From Candidatus Falkowbacteria bacterium (GTDB lineage Bacteria > Patescibacteriota > Patescibacteriia > Patescibacteriales > UBA12465), in the NCBI GenBank assembly GCA_037137655.1, contig JBAXJX010000001.1:33188-97187 (forward strand): 64,000 nucleotides of DNA, written 5' to 3'. A model generated the notes under the pieces. It searched no databases. It was given only the letters and a program-made list of their open reading frames with translations, and had not been told where the DNA came from. Below, piece by piece: positions 36,069 through 45,252 of the stretch. Within the stretch, counting starts at the first letter, position 1. Every line of letters begins with the position of its first letter. The translations under genes and the position numbers were made by a program.

Positions 36069-36256
36069 AAGTATTTAATATATTAAGTTTAAAATGTACT
36101 ATAAATCCAACTCTTTGTTGGAATGTTATAGTATAATAGAATATTTTTGGTGTCAATTGGATTTATCCACATTTTGACGATTTTTCTGGAAAAATTATTA
36201 AATATATGCTATTAATTAAGTATATTAATATATTAGGTTTATAAAACAATAAATTC

Positions 36257-36844
36257 ATGGCCGTTGAAACACATATTTACGATGATCACTTTTTTCAAAA
36301 TACGATAAAGTTTGAAGCCGATTCAGCGGCCGCTTTTGTTGATGTGGTTTTAAAGTATTATCATCCAACCAGTGTGGTGGATATTGGTTGTGGTGCCGGT
36401 ATTTATTTGCGGGAGTTTGATAAAAAGGGAATTAATGATTTACTGGGAGTTGATGGTGCGCCATCGGCGGCTAATGAATTTTTATTAGCTAAAGATAAAT
36501 TGGTAATTTTTGATTTAGCGCAAAAATATAATTTTACGAAAAAATATGACTTGGCTTTGTGTTTAGAAGTGGCTGAGCATTTAGAAGAAGTTGACGCTGA
36601 TGTTTTAGTGGACACTATCACCTCTGCGGCGGATGATATTATTTTTACGGCTGCCGTTCCAGGGCAAGGTCCGCGCAGTATTGGTCATATTAATGAACAG
36701 CCGCATGAATATTGGATTACTAAGTTTGCCGCTCAAAATTATGTTTACCAAAGCGAGCAAACCTTAAAAATGCGCGAAGAAATGAAAACCAAAAATGTTG
36801 TTTGGTGGATTGTAAATAATTTAATGATTTTTAAGAAGAAATAA
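36257..36844 (+). CDS. Class I SAM-dependent methyltransferase
   Basis: Motif I VVDIGCGAGIYL, plus an acidic post-I residue and a LALCLEVAEHL motif. Confidence 0.7.
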   Translation: MAVETHIYDDHFFQNTIKFEADSAAAFVDVVLKYYHPTSVVDIGCGAGIYLREFDKKGINDLLGVDGAPSAANEFLLAKDKLVIFDLAQKYNFTKKYDLALCLEVAEHLEEVDADVLVDTITSAADDIIFTAAVPGQGPRSIGHINEQPHEYWITKFAAQNYVYQSEQTLKMREEMKTKNVVWWIVNNLMIFKKK

Positions 36845-36848
36845 TTTT

Positions 36849-37313
36849 ATGCAAATAATTACAGCTCCTCATAAAATAATTGGCAATAAAAAACCGATCA
36901 TCTTTTTGGCTGGCAGTATTGAAATGGGTAAGGCCGAGGATTGGCAAGTAGAAATTGCCGAAAAATTATCCGAATATAAAGGTACTTTATTGAATCCGCG
37001 ACGGGAACACTGGGGTTATGATTGGAAACAAACAATTGCTAATAAAAAATTTAAAGAACAGGTGGAATGGGAATTTACTGGCTTATCTAAAAGTGATGCT
37101 ATTGTTATGTATTTTGCACCGAACTCTAAAAGCCCAATTTCTTTGTTGGAGCTGGGACTTTTTTCCCATAGTCATAAAATAATTTGTTGTTGCCCGAAAA
37201 AATTTTGGCGCCGGGGCAATGTCGAATTTATTTGCCAAAAATTTAAAATCCCACTAGTTGATAGCTTGAATGAATTAGTTGTTAGGTTGAAAAAAGATTT
37301 ATTAAAGAAATAA
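36849..37313 (+). CDS. Nucleoside 2-deoxyribosyltransferase-like protein (Nuc_deoxyri_tr2-type)
   Basis: IIFLAGSIEMG..DWQ.. and ..SPISLLELGLF.. pattern. 154 aa. Confidence 0.55.
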   Translation: MQIITAPHKIIGNKKPIIFLAGSIEMGKAEDWQVEIAEKLSEYKGTLLNPRREHWGYDWKQTIANKKFKEQVEWEFTGLSKSDAIVMYFAPNSKSPISLLELGLFSHSHKIICCCPKKFWRRGNVEFICQKFKIPLVDSLNELVVRLKKDLLKK

Positions 37314-37317
37314 AAAT

Positions 37318-38046
37318 ATGAAAAAGAAATTAGATACTGTGACTTTATTAGGAATAGACTGTGTAAATTTGGAGCGCTTGAAAATCGCTATGGATATTTG
37401 TCAGAAAGATTTTAAATTTGCTGCTGTTAAAATATTAACATCGTTGCCGTCTGATGATTTGGAAAATATTGTAAAAATTGATCCCATAAAATCTACTGAA
37501 GAATATTCTCGTTTTTGTATTGAAAGATTGGATGAATATGTTGATACGCCACACGTGTTAATTGTGCAATATGATGGTTTTATTTTAAATTCTAAGGCAT
37601 GGAATGATGAGTTTCTAGATTATGACTATATTGGTGCGCCTTGGCTAGTGGCTGATTGGTCAATTAAAAATTTTAATTTTCCATCTGAACTACTCGGTCA
37701 GTGGGTTGTTGGTAATGGTGGTTTTAGTTTGCGTAGTAAAAAATTACTTTCGATGATTTCTGAATTATTCAGAGATAATAAATTTGAGAAGTATGATCCT
37801 GAAGACGCGGCGATATGTGTATACTATCGTCAATTGCTAGAAGATAATGGAATTAAATTTTCTCCGGTTGATCTTGCTAAGAAATTTTGTTTTGAAGGAC
37901 AAAATATTAAAAACTATCATTGGGACGGTCAGTTTGGTTTTCATGGATTAAAGTGGACGGATATCTCAAAATGGAGTAAAGAGAACCCAGAATATAAAAT
38001 AGATAATCCGGCCTCCAAAAAATCTGAGGCGGAAAAATATCTTTAA
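37318..38046 (+). CDS. Conserved hypothetical protein (DUF5672-like, from memory)
   Basis: 242-aa ORF containing ..YIGAPW..GNGGFSLRS... The function is unknown. Confidence 0.4.
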   Translation: MKKKLDTVTLLGIDCVNLERLKIAMDICQKDFKFAAVKILTSLPSDDLENIVKIDPIKSTEEYSRFCIERLDEYVDTPHVLIVQYDGFILNSKAWNDEFLDYDYIGAPWLVADWSIKNFNFPSELLGQWVVGNGGFSLRSKKLLSMISELFRDNKFEKYDPEDAAICVYYRQLLEDNGIKFSPVDLAKKFCFEGQNIKNYHWDGQFGFHGLKWTDISKWSKENPEYKIDNPASKKSEAEKYL

Positions 38047-38052
38047 ATAAAA

Positions 38053-38673
38053 ATGCCAACCATTCTTTTAGCTACACATAATAAAGGAAAAATTCAGCGC
38101 TACCGAGCGCTTTTTGGCGCGTTTAAAGATTTAGAGTTAGTCACTTTAAATGATTTAAATATTACCACTAAAGTTGATGAACCATTTGCGACAGCTCGAG
38201 AAAATTCCATTCATAAGGCTAAGAGTTATGCGGAAATTAGCGGTCTGCCGACAATTGCGATTGATGAAGCGGTGACCACTAATTTTTTACCGGCCGGCGA
38301 ACAGCCAGGAGTTTTTGTGCGTCGTTTTGGTGGCGGAAAAGAATTGAGTGATGCGGAAGTTTTGGCTGTTTGGCGAAAAGTTTTTGCCTCTTATCCGGAT
38401 CATAAACATGAGTTTGTCTGGGATTTTTCTTTGTCTTATTGTAACCCAATAACTAAAGATTTGCGCGCTACCCAAGCCGAACAAATTGATTTGGTGGCTC
38501 TAAATTTTTCAGAAGAGATTAATCCCGGCTATCCGATGTCTAGTTTTTTGGTTCCGACAGGGCTTGATAAAACTTATATTGAGTTGGATGCGACGGAACG
38601 CGCACTCGTTGACCAGAAAAATTTAAAACCATTTTTAGATTTTATGTCCGATTTATTAATTGGCGAGAAATAG
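38053..38673 (+). CDS. Ham1/RdgB-like non-canonical NTP pyrophosphatase (divergent)
   Basis: The N-terminal ILLATHNKGKIQRY resembles the TxNxGKxxE motif. 206 aa. Confidence 0.45.
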   Translation: MPTILLATHNKGKIQRYRALFGAFKDLELVTLNDLNITTKVDEPFATARENSIHKAKSYAEISGLPTIAIDEAVTTNFLPAGEQPGVFVRRFGGGKELSDAEVLAVWRKVFASYPDHKHEFVWDFSLSYCNPITKDLRATQAEQIDLVALNFSEEINPGYPMSSFLVPTGLDKTYIELDATERALVDQKNLKPFLDFMSDLLIGEK

Positions 38674-38735
38674 TTTAAAAAAAATTGATAGGCAATTTCT
38701 ATAATAGAGTTATTTAAAAAATAACTCTATTTTTT

Positions 38736-39917
38736 ATGGCGAACAAAAAAACAATTTTAATTTTGGGCGGTGATGGTTATTTGGGGTGGAGCTTGAGCTT
38801 GGCTTTTGCCGCCCGCAGCGACGATCAAATTGTAATCGTTGATAATTTTTCCAAAAGAAAATGGGAAAAGTCAGTTCATGCCCAGTCTTTGGTAAAAATT
38901 AAACGAATTGATAAGCGGATAAAAGAATACGAGCGGCTTTATCGTAAAAATAATTTAAGCTTTGTAAAGATTGATTTAAAAAAATATAAAAAAGTTTTAG
39001 CGCTTATAAAAAAGTATCGACCAGACACCATTATCAATGCCGCCCAACAACCGTCAGCGCCATTTTCCATGATTAGCCCAAATCATGCCATGGAAACAAT
39101 TGAAGATAATACTAAAACTAATTTGAACGTGCTGTGGGCCGTCGCGACCATCGATAAAAACATTAAATACATCAAACTTGGCTCGGTTGGATCATATCTC
39201 GGAATTGAAGCAGATTTTATTCCGAAAAATAAAGTCGATTTAGAATTTAAAACCAAGCAAAAAATTGGCCAAGTTCTAAATTCGTGGCTACCGATGCAAG
39301 CGACTGATTTTTATCATCAATCTAAAATATTTTCTTTTTTAATTAGTGATTTGTGTTGTAAGTTGTGGGGCTTAAAAGTTGTTACTGTCCAACAATCGAC
39401 TATTTTCGGCGCCACCATTCCAGAAAATCAAGATTTAGCACACCATTCTTTGTCTACTCGTTTTAATTATGATCAAGTCTTTGGCACGGTGCTAAATCGT
39501 TTTGTTTGTCAGGCCGCTATTGGTCACCTAATCACTGTTTATGGTGATGGCACACAAACTACCGGTCTAATAAGCTTGAGTAATGCCGTGGATAATTTTA
39601 TGCGCCTCGCCGAGCTTGATCTTAAAAATGGTGAGCATTTAGTGGAACATAATTACACCCATAAATTTTTCGTGAATGAAATTGCTAATATTTTAACGCA
39701 GATAAAATCCGGCGTTATCACTAACATTGCCAATCCGCGGGCAGAAACAAAGTCGGTTTTAAATAAAGAATTTGAATTTAGTGAATTGATTGACGATAAC
39801 TTAAAGAGCCGAGTTGGTTTTATGAAGGATTTAAATGATTTGTTAAATTTTGCGACACACTATAAAAATAATATTAATGGAAGGATTATTAGTCCGACAA
39901 TTAATTGGAAAAAATAA
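38736..39917 (+). CDS. NAD-dependent epimerase/dehydratase of the UDP-sulfoquinovose synthase (SQD1/Agl3)-like subfamily
   Basis: ILILGGDGYLGWSL..IVIVDNFSKRKWE..AAQQPSAPFSM..IKLGSVGSYL parallels SQD1 GGDGYCGW..VDNLVRR..GEQRSAPYSM..VKLGTMGEYG (from memory). 393 aa. Confidence 0.6.
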   Translation: MANKKTILILGGDGYLGWSLSLAFAARSDDQIVIVDNFSKRKWEKSVHAQSLVKIKRIDKRIKEYERLYRKNNLSFVKIDLKKYKKVLALIKKYRPDTIINAAQQPSAPFSMISPNHAMETIEDNTKTNLNVLWAVATIDKNIKYIKLGSVGSYLGIEADFIPKNKVDLEFKTKQKIGQVLNSWLPMQATDFYHQSKIFSFLISDLCCKLWGLKVVTVQQSTIFGATIPENQDLAHHSLSTRFNYDQVFGTVLNRFVCQAAIGHLITVYGDGTQTTGLISLSNAVDNFMRLAELDLKNGEHLVEHNYTHKFFVNEIANILTQIKSGVITNIANPRAETKSVLNKEFEFSELIDDNLKSRVGFMKDLNDLLNFATHYKNNINGRIISPTINWKK

Positions 39918-39918
39918 T

Positions 39919-41196
39919 ATGAGCACTTTAAAAATTACTGGTAGTCGTAAACCAATCAATATTAATTATGTCGATTTTGCTCAAGGATCGAAAAACGCCG
40001 CTTTGCCGGTTTTTGGTGCGAGTTTATTGTTTAATGGCCAGTTACTGATTGATAATGTTCCGAATATTTCCGATGTGCAAAATATTTTTAAATTGTTGCG
40101 CGAAATTAATGTGAGTTTTGGTTATGATAATAATGCTTTTATAAAATTAGCCACTAATAAAATTAATCCGGCGGAAATCACTCTTTCGGCTGACTTTTTT
40201 AAAACGCGTGGCGGTTTTTATTTGGTGGCAGCTTTAATTAATAAATGTCGAAAAATTAAAATTAAAAAATATAGTATCGCTGGTTGCCGAATTGGTGTTC
40301 GAGCTTATGACAATATCCTTCGTGTCTTCAATGTTTTTGGCTTCCAAATAAAAATTGTGGCCGGTGATATAATTATAAAAAAGAAACGTGACTATTATGG
40401 AGAAAAAATAAGTTTAAACGATTTAGGAATTTGCGCTTCTGGGGTGGCTTTAATTTTGGCGGCCCAGTTTAAAGTCAAAACAAATTTAGTCGGTAGTAGT
40501 AAGGCGCCAGAGCTAAATGATTTAATCAATTTTTTAAGATCTAATGGTATTGCAATAAAAAGATATCAAAACAGTGACTTGCTCGTTTATAAAAATAATT
40601 CAGCCTGGCCATGTAATAGTTTTAAAATCCAGGATGACCGAATAGTAATTGCTACTTATGCCATATTGGCATTGTTGTCTGGCGGCTACTTTAAAATTAA
40701 AACCAGTAAACTAAAATATTTAGACAGCTTCATTAAATTTTTAAGAGATTCGGGGTGTATCATCTGGAATGGTCTGGAAGACGGCGTAACAATATTTTTG
40801 CCTGGCAAGAAGATGAGAGCTAATGATCTTGTGGTTGATGATTATCCAAAAATTCCAACCGATATCCAACCAATTTTAACAGTGTTTTTATGCGCGCTAA
40901 AAGGTCGGGCAACAATTTGTGATCTTATTTTTCCAGAGCGGAATTTTCATGTTAAACAACTGCAAAGGATGGGACAAAATATTAAAAATAGAGATGGCCA
41001 GATAGTAATTAATGGAAATAATAAATTTATAGCCGGCAAGGTACGAGGGCATGATCTTCGCTGTGGTGCCGCTTTAATTCTGGCAGCTTGTGTGGCACGG
41101 GGCACAAGTGAAATAAGTGATTGGGAGTATGTGGGTCGCGGTTATGAAAAATTATTGGACATTGTTGTGCAAAATCGAAGACTGATAATTGTATGA
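39919..41196 (+). CDS. MurA-family enolpyruvyl transferase (divergent UDP-GlcNAc 1-carboxyvinyltransferase-like)
   Basis: Start taken at ATG 39919, 1 nt after the upstream stop. GSKNAALP, IAGCRIGVRAYD (the Cys115 equivalent), PKIPTDIQP, FPERNFHVKQLQRMG, HDLRCGAALILAA and VGRGYEKL align with the MurA motifs. Confidence 0.7.
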   Translation: MSTLKITGSRKPININYVDFAQGSKNAALPVFGASLLFNGQLLIDNVPNISDVQNIFKLLREINVSFGYDNNAFIKLATNKINPAEITLSADFFKTRGGFYLVAALINKCRKIKIKKYSIAGCRIGVRAYDNILRVFNVFGFQIKIVAGDIIIKKKRDYYGEKISLNDLGICASGVALILAAQFKVKTNLVGSSKAPELNDLINFLRSNGIAIKRYQNSDLLVYKNNSAWPCNSFKIQDDRIVIATYAILALLSGGYFKIKTSKLKYLDSFIKFLRDSGCIIWNGLEDGVTIFLPGKKMRANDLVVDDYPKIPTDIQPILTVFLCALKGRATICDLIFPERNFHVKQLQRMGQNIKNRDGQIVINGNNKFIAGKVRGHDLRCGAALILAACVARGTSEISDWEYVGRGYEKLLDIVVQNRRLIIV

Positions 41197-42278
41197 AAAA
41201 ACTGAAGAACTTAATTTATTTTAATTATGCTGCTCTTGGTGTGATGTCGCGCGGTTTACATTTAAGACTCAATGAATTCTTGCGTGATAATTACGAAATG
41301 GTGCCACTACTGTTTATAAAAAAATATCGGCGTTATATATTGAAGTTAAAAGTTGAAGCATCCAAGCTTTTAAATTGTACAGCCAATGAAATAACTTATC
41401 TAAAAAATACGACCGAAGGAATTATTATGGCTAGTGAATTAATTCCGCTCAAGGCGGGTGATGAAATTTTAATTACAGACAAAGAGTACGGCGCCAATTA
41501 TATTCCATGGTTAAAAAAACAACAAGACGGTTTTAGATTAAGAGTCGTTGATGGTACAACTAGCGAAAGTGCGTTTAATAATCTACTTAACGCTATAAAT
41601 AATAAAACTAAAATTATTGCTATTTCTTGGGTACAATATTGCGACGGTTATATGGCGGATTTAGCACGGCTATCTAGAATTTGCCGACAGAAAAATATTT
41701 ATTTGGTGGTTGATGGAATTCAAGGAATTGGTACACGCGAACTAGATTTGGGTAAAATTAAAATTGATATTTTGGTGTGTGGTGGTCATAAACATTTGGG
41801 CGCGGTGCCGGGCAGTGGTTTTATTTATGTTAATGAAAAAAAATGGGCCGAACTAAATCACTTTAAAATTGGAGTGCGCAGTGTGACCAGGTTTGATAGC
41901 GATAGTTATAAATTAAAAGATAATTCAGCGCGCTTTGAAGACGGGACGCCAAATTTATTTGGAGTTGTGTCTTTGTGTTTTTGTCTAAAACAGATAAATA
42001 AAACTGGTATTAAAAATATTGCTCAGCAAAACCAATTATTGTTAAAAGAATATAAAAAAATATTGTGCCAAAATAAAATTGATTTTATTAATTATAAAAA
42101 TCAGGGTAATATTATTTCCTTACCAGTAAAAAATCCAGACAAGTTGTGCGCTAAATTAAAAAAATATAATATTTACACTAAAGCAATTAAAGATATCTTG
42201 CGAATTTCTTTTTCTTATAAAAGTAATTTGCGTGAGTTTGAAAAACTTGTAACTATAATAAAAATGAGCCGATTGTAA
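41193..42278 (+). CDS. Class V aminotransferase / cysteine desulfurase-like PLP enzyme
   Basis: ATGA overlap with the upstream gene. ..VDGIQGIG.., ..CGGHKHLGAVPGSGFIY.. (PLP lysine). 361 aa. Confidence 0.65.
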   Translation: MKKLKNLIYFNYAALGVMSRGLHLRLNEFLRDNYEMVPLLFIKKYRRYILKLKVEASKLLNCTANEITYLKNTTEGIIMASELIPLKAGDEILITDKEYGANYIPWLKKQQDGFRLRVVDGTTSESAFNNLLNAINNKTKIIAISWVQYCDGYMADLARLSRICRQKNIYLVVDGIQGIGTRELDLGKIKIDILVCGGHKHLGAVPGSGFIYVNEKKWAELNHFKIGVRSVTRFDSDSYKLKDNSARFEDGTPNLFGVVSLCFCLKQINKTGIKNIAQQNQLLLKEYKKILCQNKIDFINYKNQGNIISLPVKNPDKLCAKLKKYNIYTKAIKDILRISFSYKSNLREFEKLVTIIKMSRL

Positions 42279-42299
42279 TTCGGCTCATTTGTGTTTTTA
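42264..42299. terminator. Terminator between convergent genes
   Basis: ATGAGCCG / CGGCTCAT stem spanning the stop codon, followed by TTTGTGTTTTT. Confidence 0.6.
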
Positions 42300-43121
42300 A
42301 AGTTTTCCTATAATACTCATATGGCGCCCTTGGCTTTGTTTTTCGGCGATTGATTTGGCGCTGTAGTTGGAAAATAATAAATCACTGTTCGTGGCGGTGC
42401 AGAGATTGCTAACTTCAATGTTTTTCTCTTTAACCCCAATTTCTAATAGTTGATCTTGGATAAATAATTTTAAGTCAAAATTTTCGACTATTTTTTCATC
42501 AACCACTTCACGCAAAACTTTATGCCACAGGCCAGATTTTTTTAAATCGTAGGATGCGGCGCTGATAGCTGGTCCAATGTAGGCAATTAAATTTTCCGTT
42601 TTTGTGCCACACCACTCGTTTAAACATTTGATAGTGTTAAATATAATGTTGGATAAAGCTCCGAGCACTCCAGCGTGAATTAAGGCGTAATAGCCGGTAA
42701 CGCAATCAAAGAGAAAAACCGGAGCGCAGTCAGCTGGCAGAATGGCGATAAATAAATTGGGTGAATTACTGATGCAGGCGTCAATTCCGCTTTCAGGGTC
42801 TGCAATAAAATCGACTTTCGAATTTAGACCGGGAAATTTTTTTAATTTTACTATTTCGGGCGAATTTTGTTTTAAATAAGTTACGCCTTTGTTTCCGACA
42901 TTATAAATTAGGGCGATATTGGAACTTTGTTTTAAGCCGGGAAAGATAATTTGAGATTTTTTTGGATTAATGCCAAGGGCGTCAAAAAACTTTTGCCGAT
43001 TAATTGGGGTAAACCCGGTAAGATCGCGATTTATCGACATATTGCCGAAAAATTTAGTGGAAGTGCCATGAATAATATTATAGACACTAAGATTTTGTGA
43101 TTTTATAACGTGATTTTTCAT
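42297..43121 (-). CDS. YfiH/PgeF (DUF152) family peptidoglycan-editing / purine nucleoside enzyme
   Basis: ..LPADCAPVFLFD.. and ..ALIHAGVLG.. correspond to the ADC.P...D and HAGWRG motifs. Confidence 0.7.
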   Translation of the reverse strand: MKNHVIKSQNLSVYNIIHGTSTKFFGNMSINRDLTGFTPINRQKFFDALGINPKKSQIIFPGLKQSSNIALIYNVGNKGVTYLKQNSPEIVKLKKFPGLNSKVDFIADPESGIDACISNSPNLFIAILPADCAPVFLFDCVTGYYALIHAGVLGALSNIIFNTIKCLNEWCGTKTENLIAYIGPAISAASYDLKKSGLWHKVLREVVDEKIVENFDLKLFIQDQLLEIGVKEKNIEVSNLCTATNSDLLFSNYSAKSIAEKQSQGRHMSIIGKL

Positions 43122-43272
43122 AAGCTTTAAATTTTAAGGTTCAATTAATTATAATAATATTAGTATACATTTTCTAGATAAATTTTTTCTAAACATTGAC
43201 ACAACGTTACTTTGGTGCTAAATTTCAATATCAAATAGTTATTTAAAAATAAACCAAAAAAATACAGAAAGC

Positions 43273-43887
43273 ATGAAAAGTAATATTTTTTTTGATTTGG
43301 ACGGTACAATGATTAATTATTTACCGGTCTATGTTGAGTTTATGAATTCATTCTATGATATAAAATCTCAACCAGATGATTATATTGATAATCAAGCGCC
43401 ATATTTTGTTATAAAAAAATACCGGCCCGATTTTCAAGGTTCAAATTACGAAGTTTGGTTTAATGTCTTACATAATTTTCATATGTCGTATGAGTGGCAA
43501 GATAAAATTCAGCCATTCCCAGATATGTGTGAAGTTGTTAGACGGTTATCAAAAAGCTACAATCTTTGGGTTGTAACTGCCAGGCCAAAAAATTCTTTAG
43601 ATACTACCAAGTTTTTATTGGAAAAACATGTATCGGGATGTATTCGCGGCATTTGTTGTGTTTTTGAATTTGTGGGCGGTGAAATATCTAGTTGGTCAAA
43701 GCATGATTTTGTGAAAGATATGCCAGGACGAAAAATATTATTCATTGATGATTCCAAGAGTGAAATCGTTAAGATGGGTGATATCGTTCCGTCCCTTTTG
43801 TTTGATCCATTCAGTTCATACATTAATGACAGGGACGCTATTAGTCGTATTAGCGCTTGGAAGGAAATTGAGCCAATTCTCATGTAA
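43273..43887 (+). CDS. HAD-superfamily hydrolase, 5'(3')-deoxyribonucleotidase-like
   Basis: DxDxT motif FFDLDGTM, ..VVTARP.., ..LFIDDS... Confidence 0.5.
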   Translation: MKSNIFFDLDGTMINYLPVYVEFMNSFYDIKSQPDDYIDNQAPYFVIKKYRPDFQGSNYEVWFNVLHNFHMSYEWQDKIQPFPDMCEVVRRLSKSYNLWVVTARPKNSLDTTKFLLEKHVSGCIRGICCVFEFVGGEISSWSKHDFVKDMPGRKILFIDDSKSEIVKMGDIVPSLLFDPFSSYINDRDAISRISAWKEIEPILM

Positions 43888-43893
43888 GATTAT

Positions 43894-43921
43894 AAGCATC
43901 GACTTCGGTCGGTGCTTTTTT
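43894..43921 (+). terminator. Intrinsic terminator
   Basis: AAGCATCGAC-TTCG-GTCGGTGCTT followed by TTTTT. Confidence 0.7.
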
Positions 43922-43981
43922 ATGAATTTGGTTGTTTCCAATTTAGAACTAAACGGGCAAAAGCTCCATGAAAACTTTATG

Positions 43982-44009
43982 ATCCCTGAGGCAACTTAGG
44001 GATTTTTTA
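43982..44009 (+). terminator. Second terminator-like hairpin 60 nt downstream
   Basis: ATCCCT-GAGGCAACTT-AGGGAT followed by TTTTTT. Confidence 0.5.
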
Positions 44010-44088
44010 TTTGGCATTTGCTTTTTTCTGGGAAACGTAGTATAAGTAATCTATAAGTTTATAATAAAAAAATAAAGAATTTAAATCT

Positions 44089-44673
44089 ATGGGAAAATTT
44101 GATCAAAGAGGCGGTGGAGATAGAGGTGGTCGTGGCGGTTTTGGCGGTGGCTTTAAACCTCGTGGCGGTTTTGGCGGTGGTCGCGATCGTGACGCTCGTC
44201 CAGAAATGTTCCGTGCGACTTGTGCAGAATGTGGTTCAAGTTGTGAAGTTCCATTTAAACCATCTGGTGACAGACCGGTTTTATGTAGCTCTTGTTTTTC
44301 AGCTAGTAAAGGTGAAAAACCACGTGAATCACGTGAAAGAAGTTTTGAAAGTAAATTTGATAAAGGCGGTTTCAATGATCGTCCATCATTTTCAACTCCA
44401 AAAGCTCCAAGTGCTGACATTTCTAAATTAGAAAATGAAATTAAAGCTATTAACGAAAAATTAGAAAAAATCTTACAGAAATTAGCGACTCCAGTAGCTG
44501 CAGTTAAAACTGTAGTTGAACCAGTTGCAAAAGCTGAAGTAAAAACTAGCTCTAAACCAGCAGTTAAAGCTAAGGCTGTAGCTGCTAAACCAGCAGCTAA
44601 AGTTGTAGCTCCAAAAGCAGCAGCGAAAAAAGTTGTAACTAAAAAACCAGCTGTTCTAGCTAAGAAAAAATAG
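44089..44673 (+). CDS. RGG-box / CxxC-x17-CxxC zinc-ribbon / histone-H1-like Lys-Ala-Pro tail protein
   Basis: N-terminal GGGDRGGRGGFGGGFKPRGGFGGGRDRD. Then CAEC-(17 aa)-CSSC. The C-terminal 60 aa consist of AKPAVK / AAKK repeats. Confidence 0.75.
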   Translation: MGKFDQRGGGDRGGRGGFGGGFKPRGGFGGGRDRDARPEMFRATCAECGSSCEVPFKPSGDRPVLCSSCFSASKGEKPRESRERSFESKFDKGGFNDRPSFSTPKAPSADISKLENEIKAINEKLEKILQKLATPVAAVKTVVEPVAKAEVKTSSKPAVKAKAVAAKPAAKVVAPKAAAKKVVTKKPAVLAKKK

Positions 44674-44766
44674 TCTCTAAATACTACTCTATAAAAAACA
44701 GACCTTTATTGGTCTGTTTTTTTGTGATATAATAGCAATAGTTTAATTAATTATTGCTAAAAAATT

Positions 44767-45240
44767 ATGCGCATCAAAGAACTTAAACCTGGTGATATTT
44801 CAACTTTTTCCAAAATCGCCAAAGAAATTATTAATGGTTGTTCACATTACGACAAGAACACCAAGAAAGAAGAGCTTTCAGTTTATTCGGAGAAATTTTT
44901 GCATGAAAACAGAAAAGCTGCTAAAAATGTTTATTTTTTAGTCTTTGAAGGGAAAGAAGTTATTGGTTTTTGCCATGGTTATTTTGACTCTGGAACATTT
45001 TGGTTAAATTGGCTCGGTATTTTACCGGCTTTTCGTCGCCAAGGTAAGGCCGCGGAGGTGCTTAAGTTTTTAGAATCTTATTTATTGGATCGCGGTGTGC
45101 ACAAAATTTGGTTTGATACGATTGTAACCAATAAAGAATCAATTAAATTTTTTCAAAAACACGGTTATCATAAATTTACCACTTTGCGTAATCATTGGTG
45201 TGGTTTTGATTATTTTTTGTGGGAGAAGTTTTTGAAATAA
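44767..45240 (+). CDS. GNAT-family N-acetyltransferase
   Basis: ..LGILPAFRRQGKAAEVLKFLE.. is the acetyl-CoA-binding R/Q-x-x-G-x-A motif. 157 aa. Confidence 0.75.
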   Translation: MRIKELKPGDISTFSKIAKEIINGCSHYDKNTKKEELSVYSEKFLHENRKAAKNVYFLVFEGKEVIGFCHGYFDSGTFWLNWLGILPAFRRQGKAAEVLKFLESYLLDRGVHKIWFDTIVTNKESIKFFQKHGYHKFTTLRNHWCGFDYFLWEKFLK

Positions 45241-45252
45241 TTTTAAGTTATT

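Noticed and set aside
22863-41196. Possibility of a recoded genetic code (UGA as a sense codon, as in some CPR lineages).
   Set aside because: TGA clearly terminates well-defined genes here, for example the ATGA stop/start overlaps at 23051-23054 and 41193-41196. All family-recognisable proteins have normal lengths under the standard code.
43922-43981. A 60-nt segment between two consecutive terminators, considered as a possible small RNA gene.
   Set aside because: No promoter is visible, there is no recognisable structure or motif, and it cannot be supported from sequence alone.
44099-44431. Overlapping ORFs 44099..44431 (+) and 44103..44420 (-) on the RGG protein gene.
   Set aside because: They are generated by the GGT/GGC-rich repeat. 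The frame starting at 44089 is the one with the zinc ribbon, a coherent tail, and a proper start and terminator.
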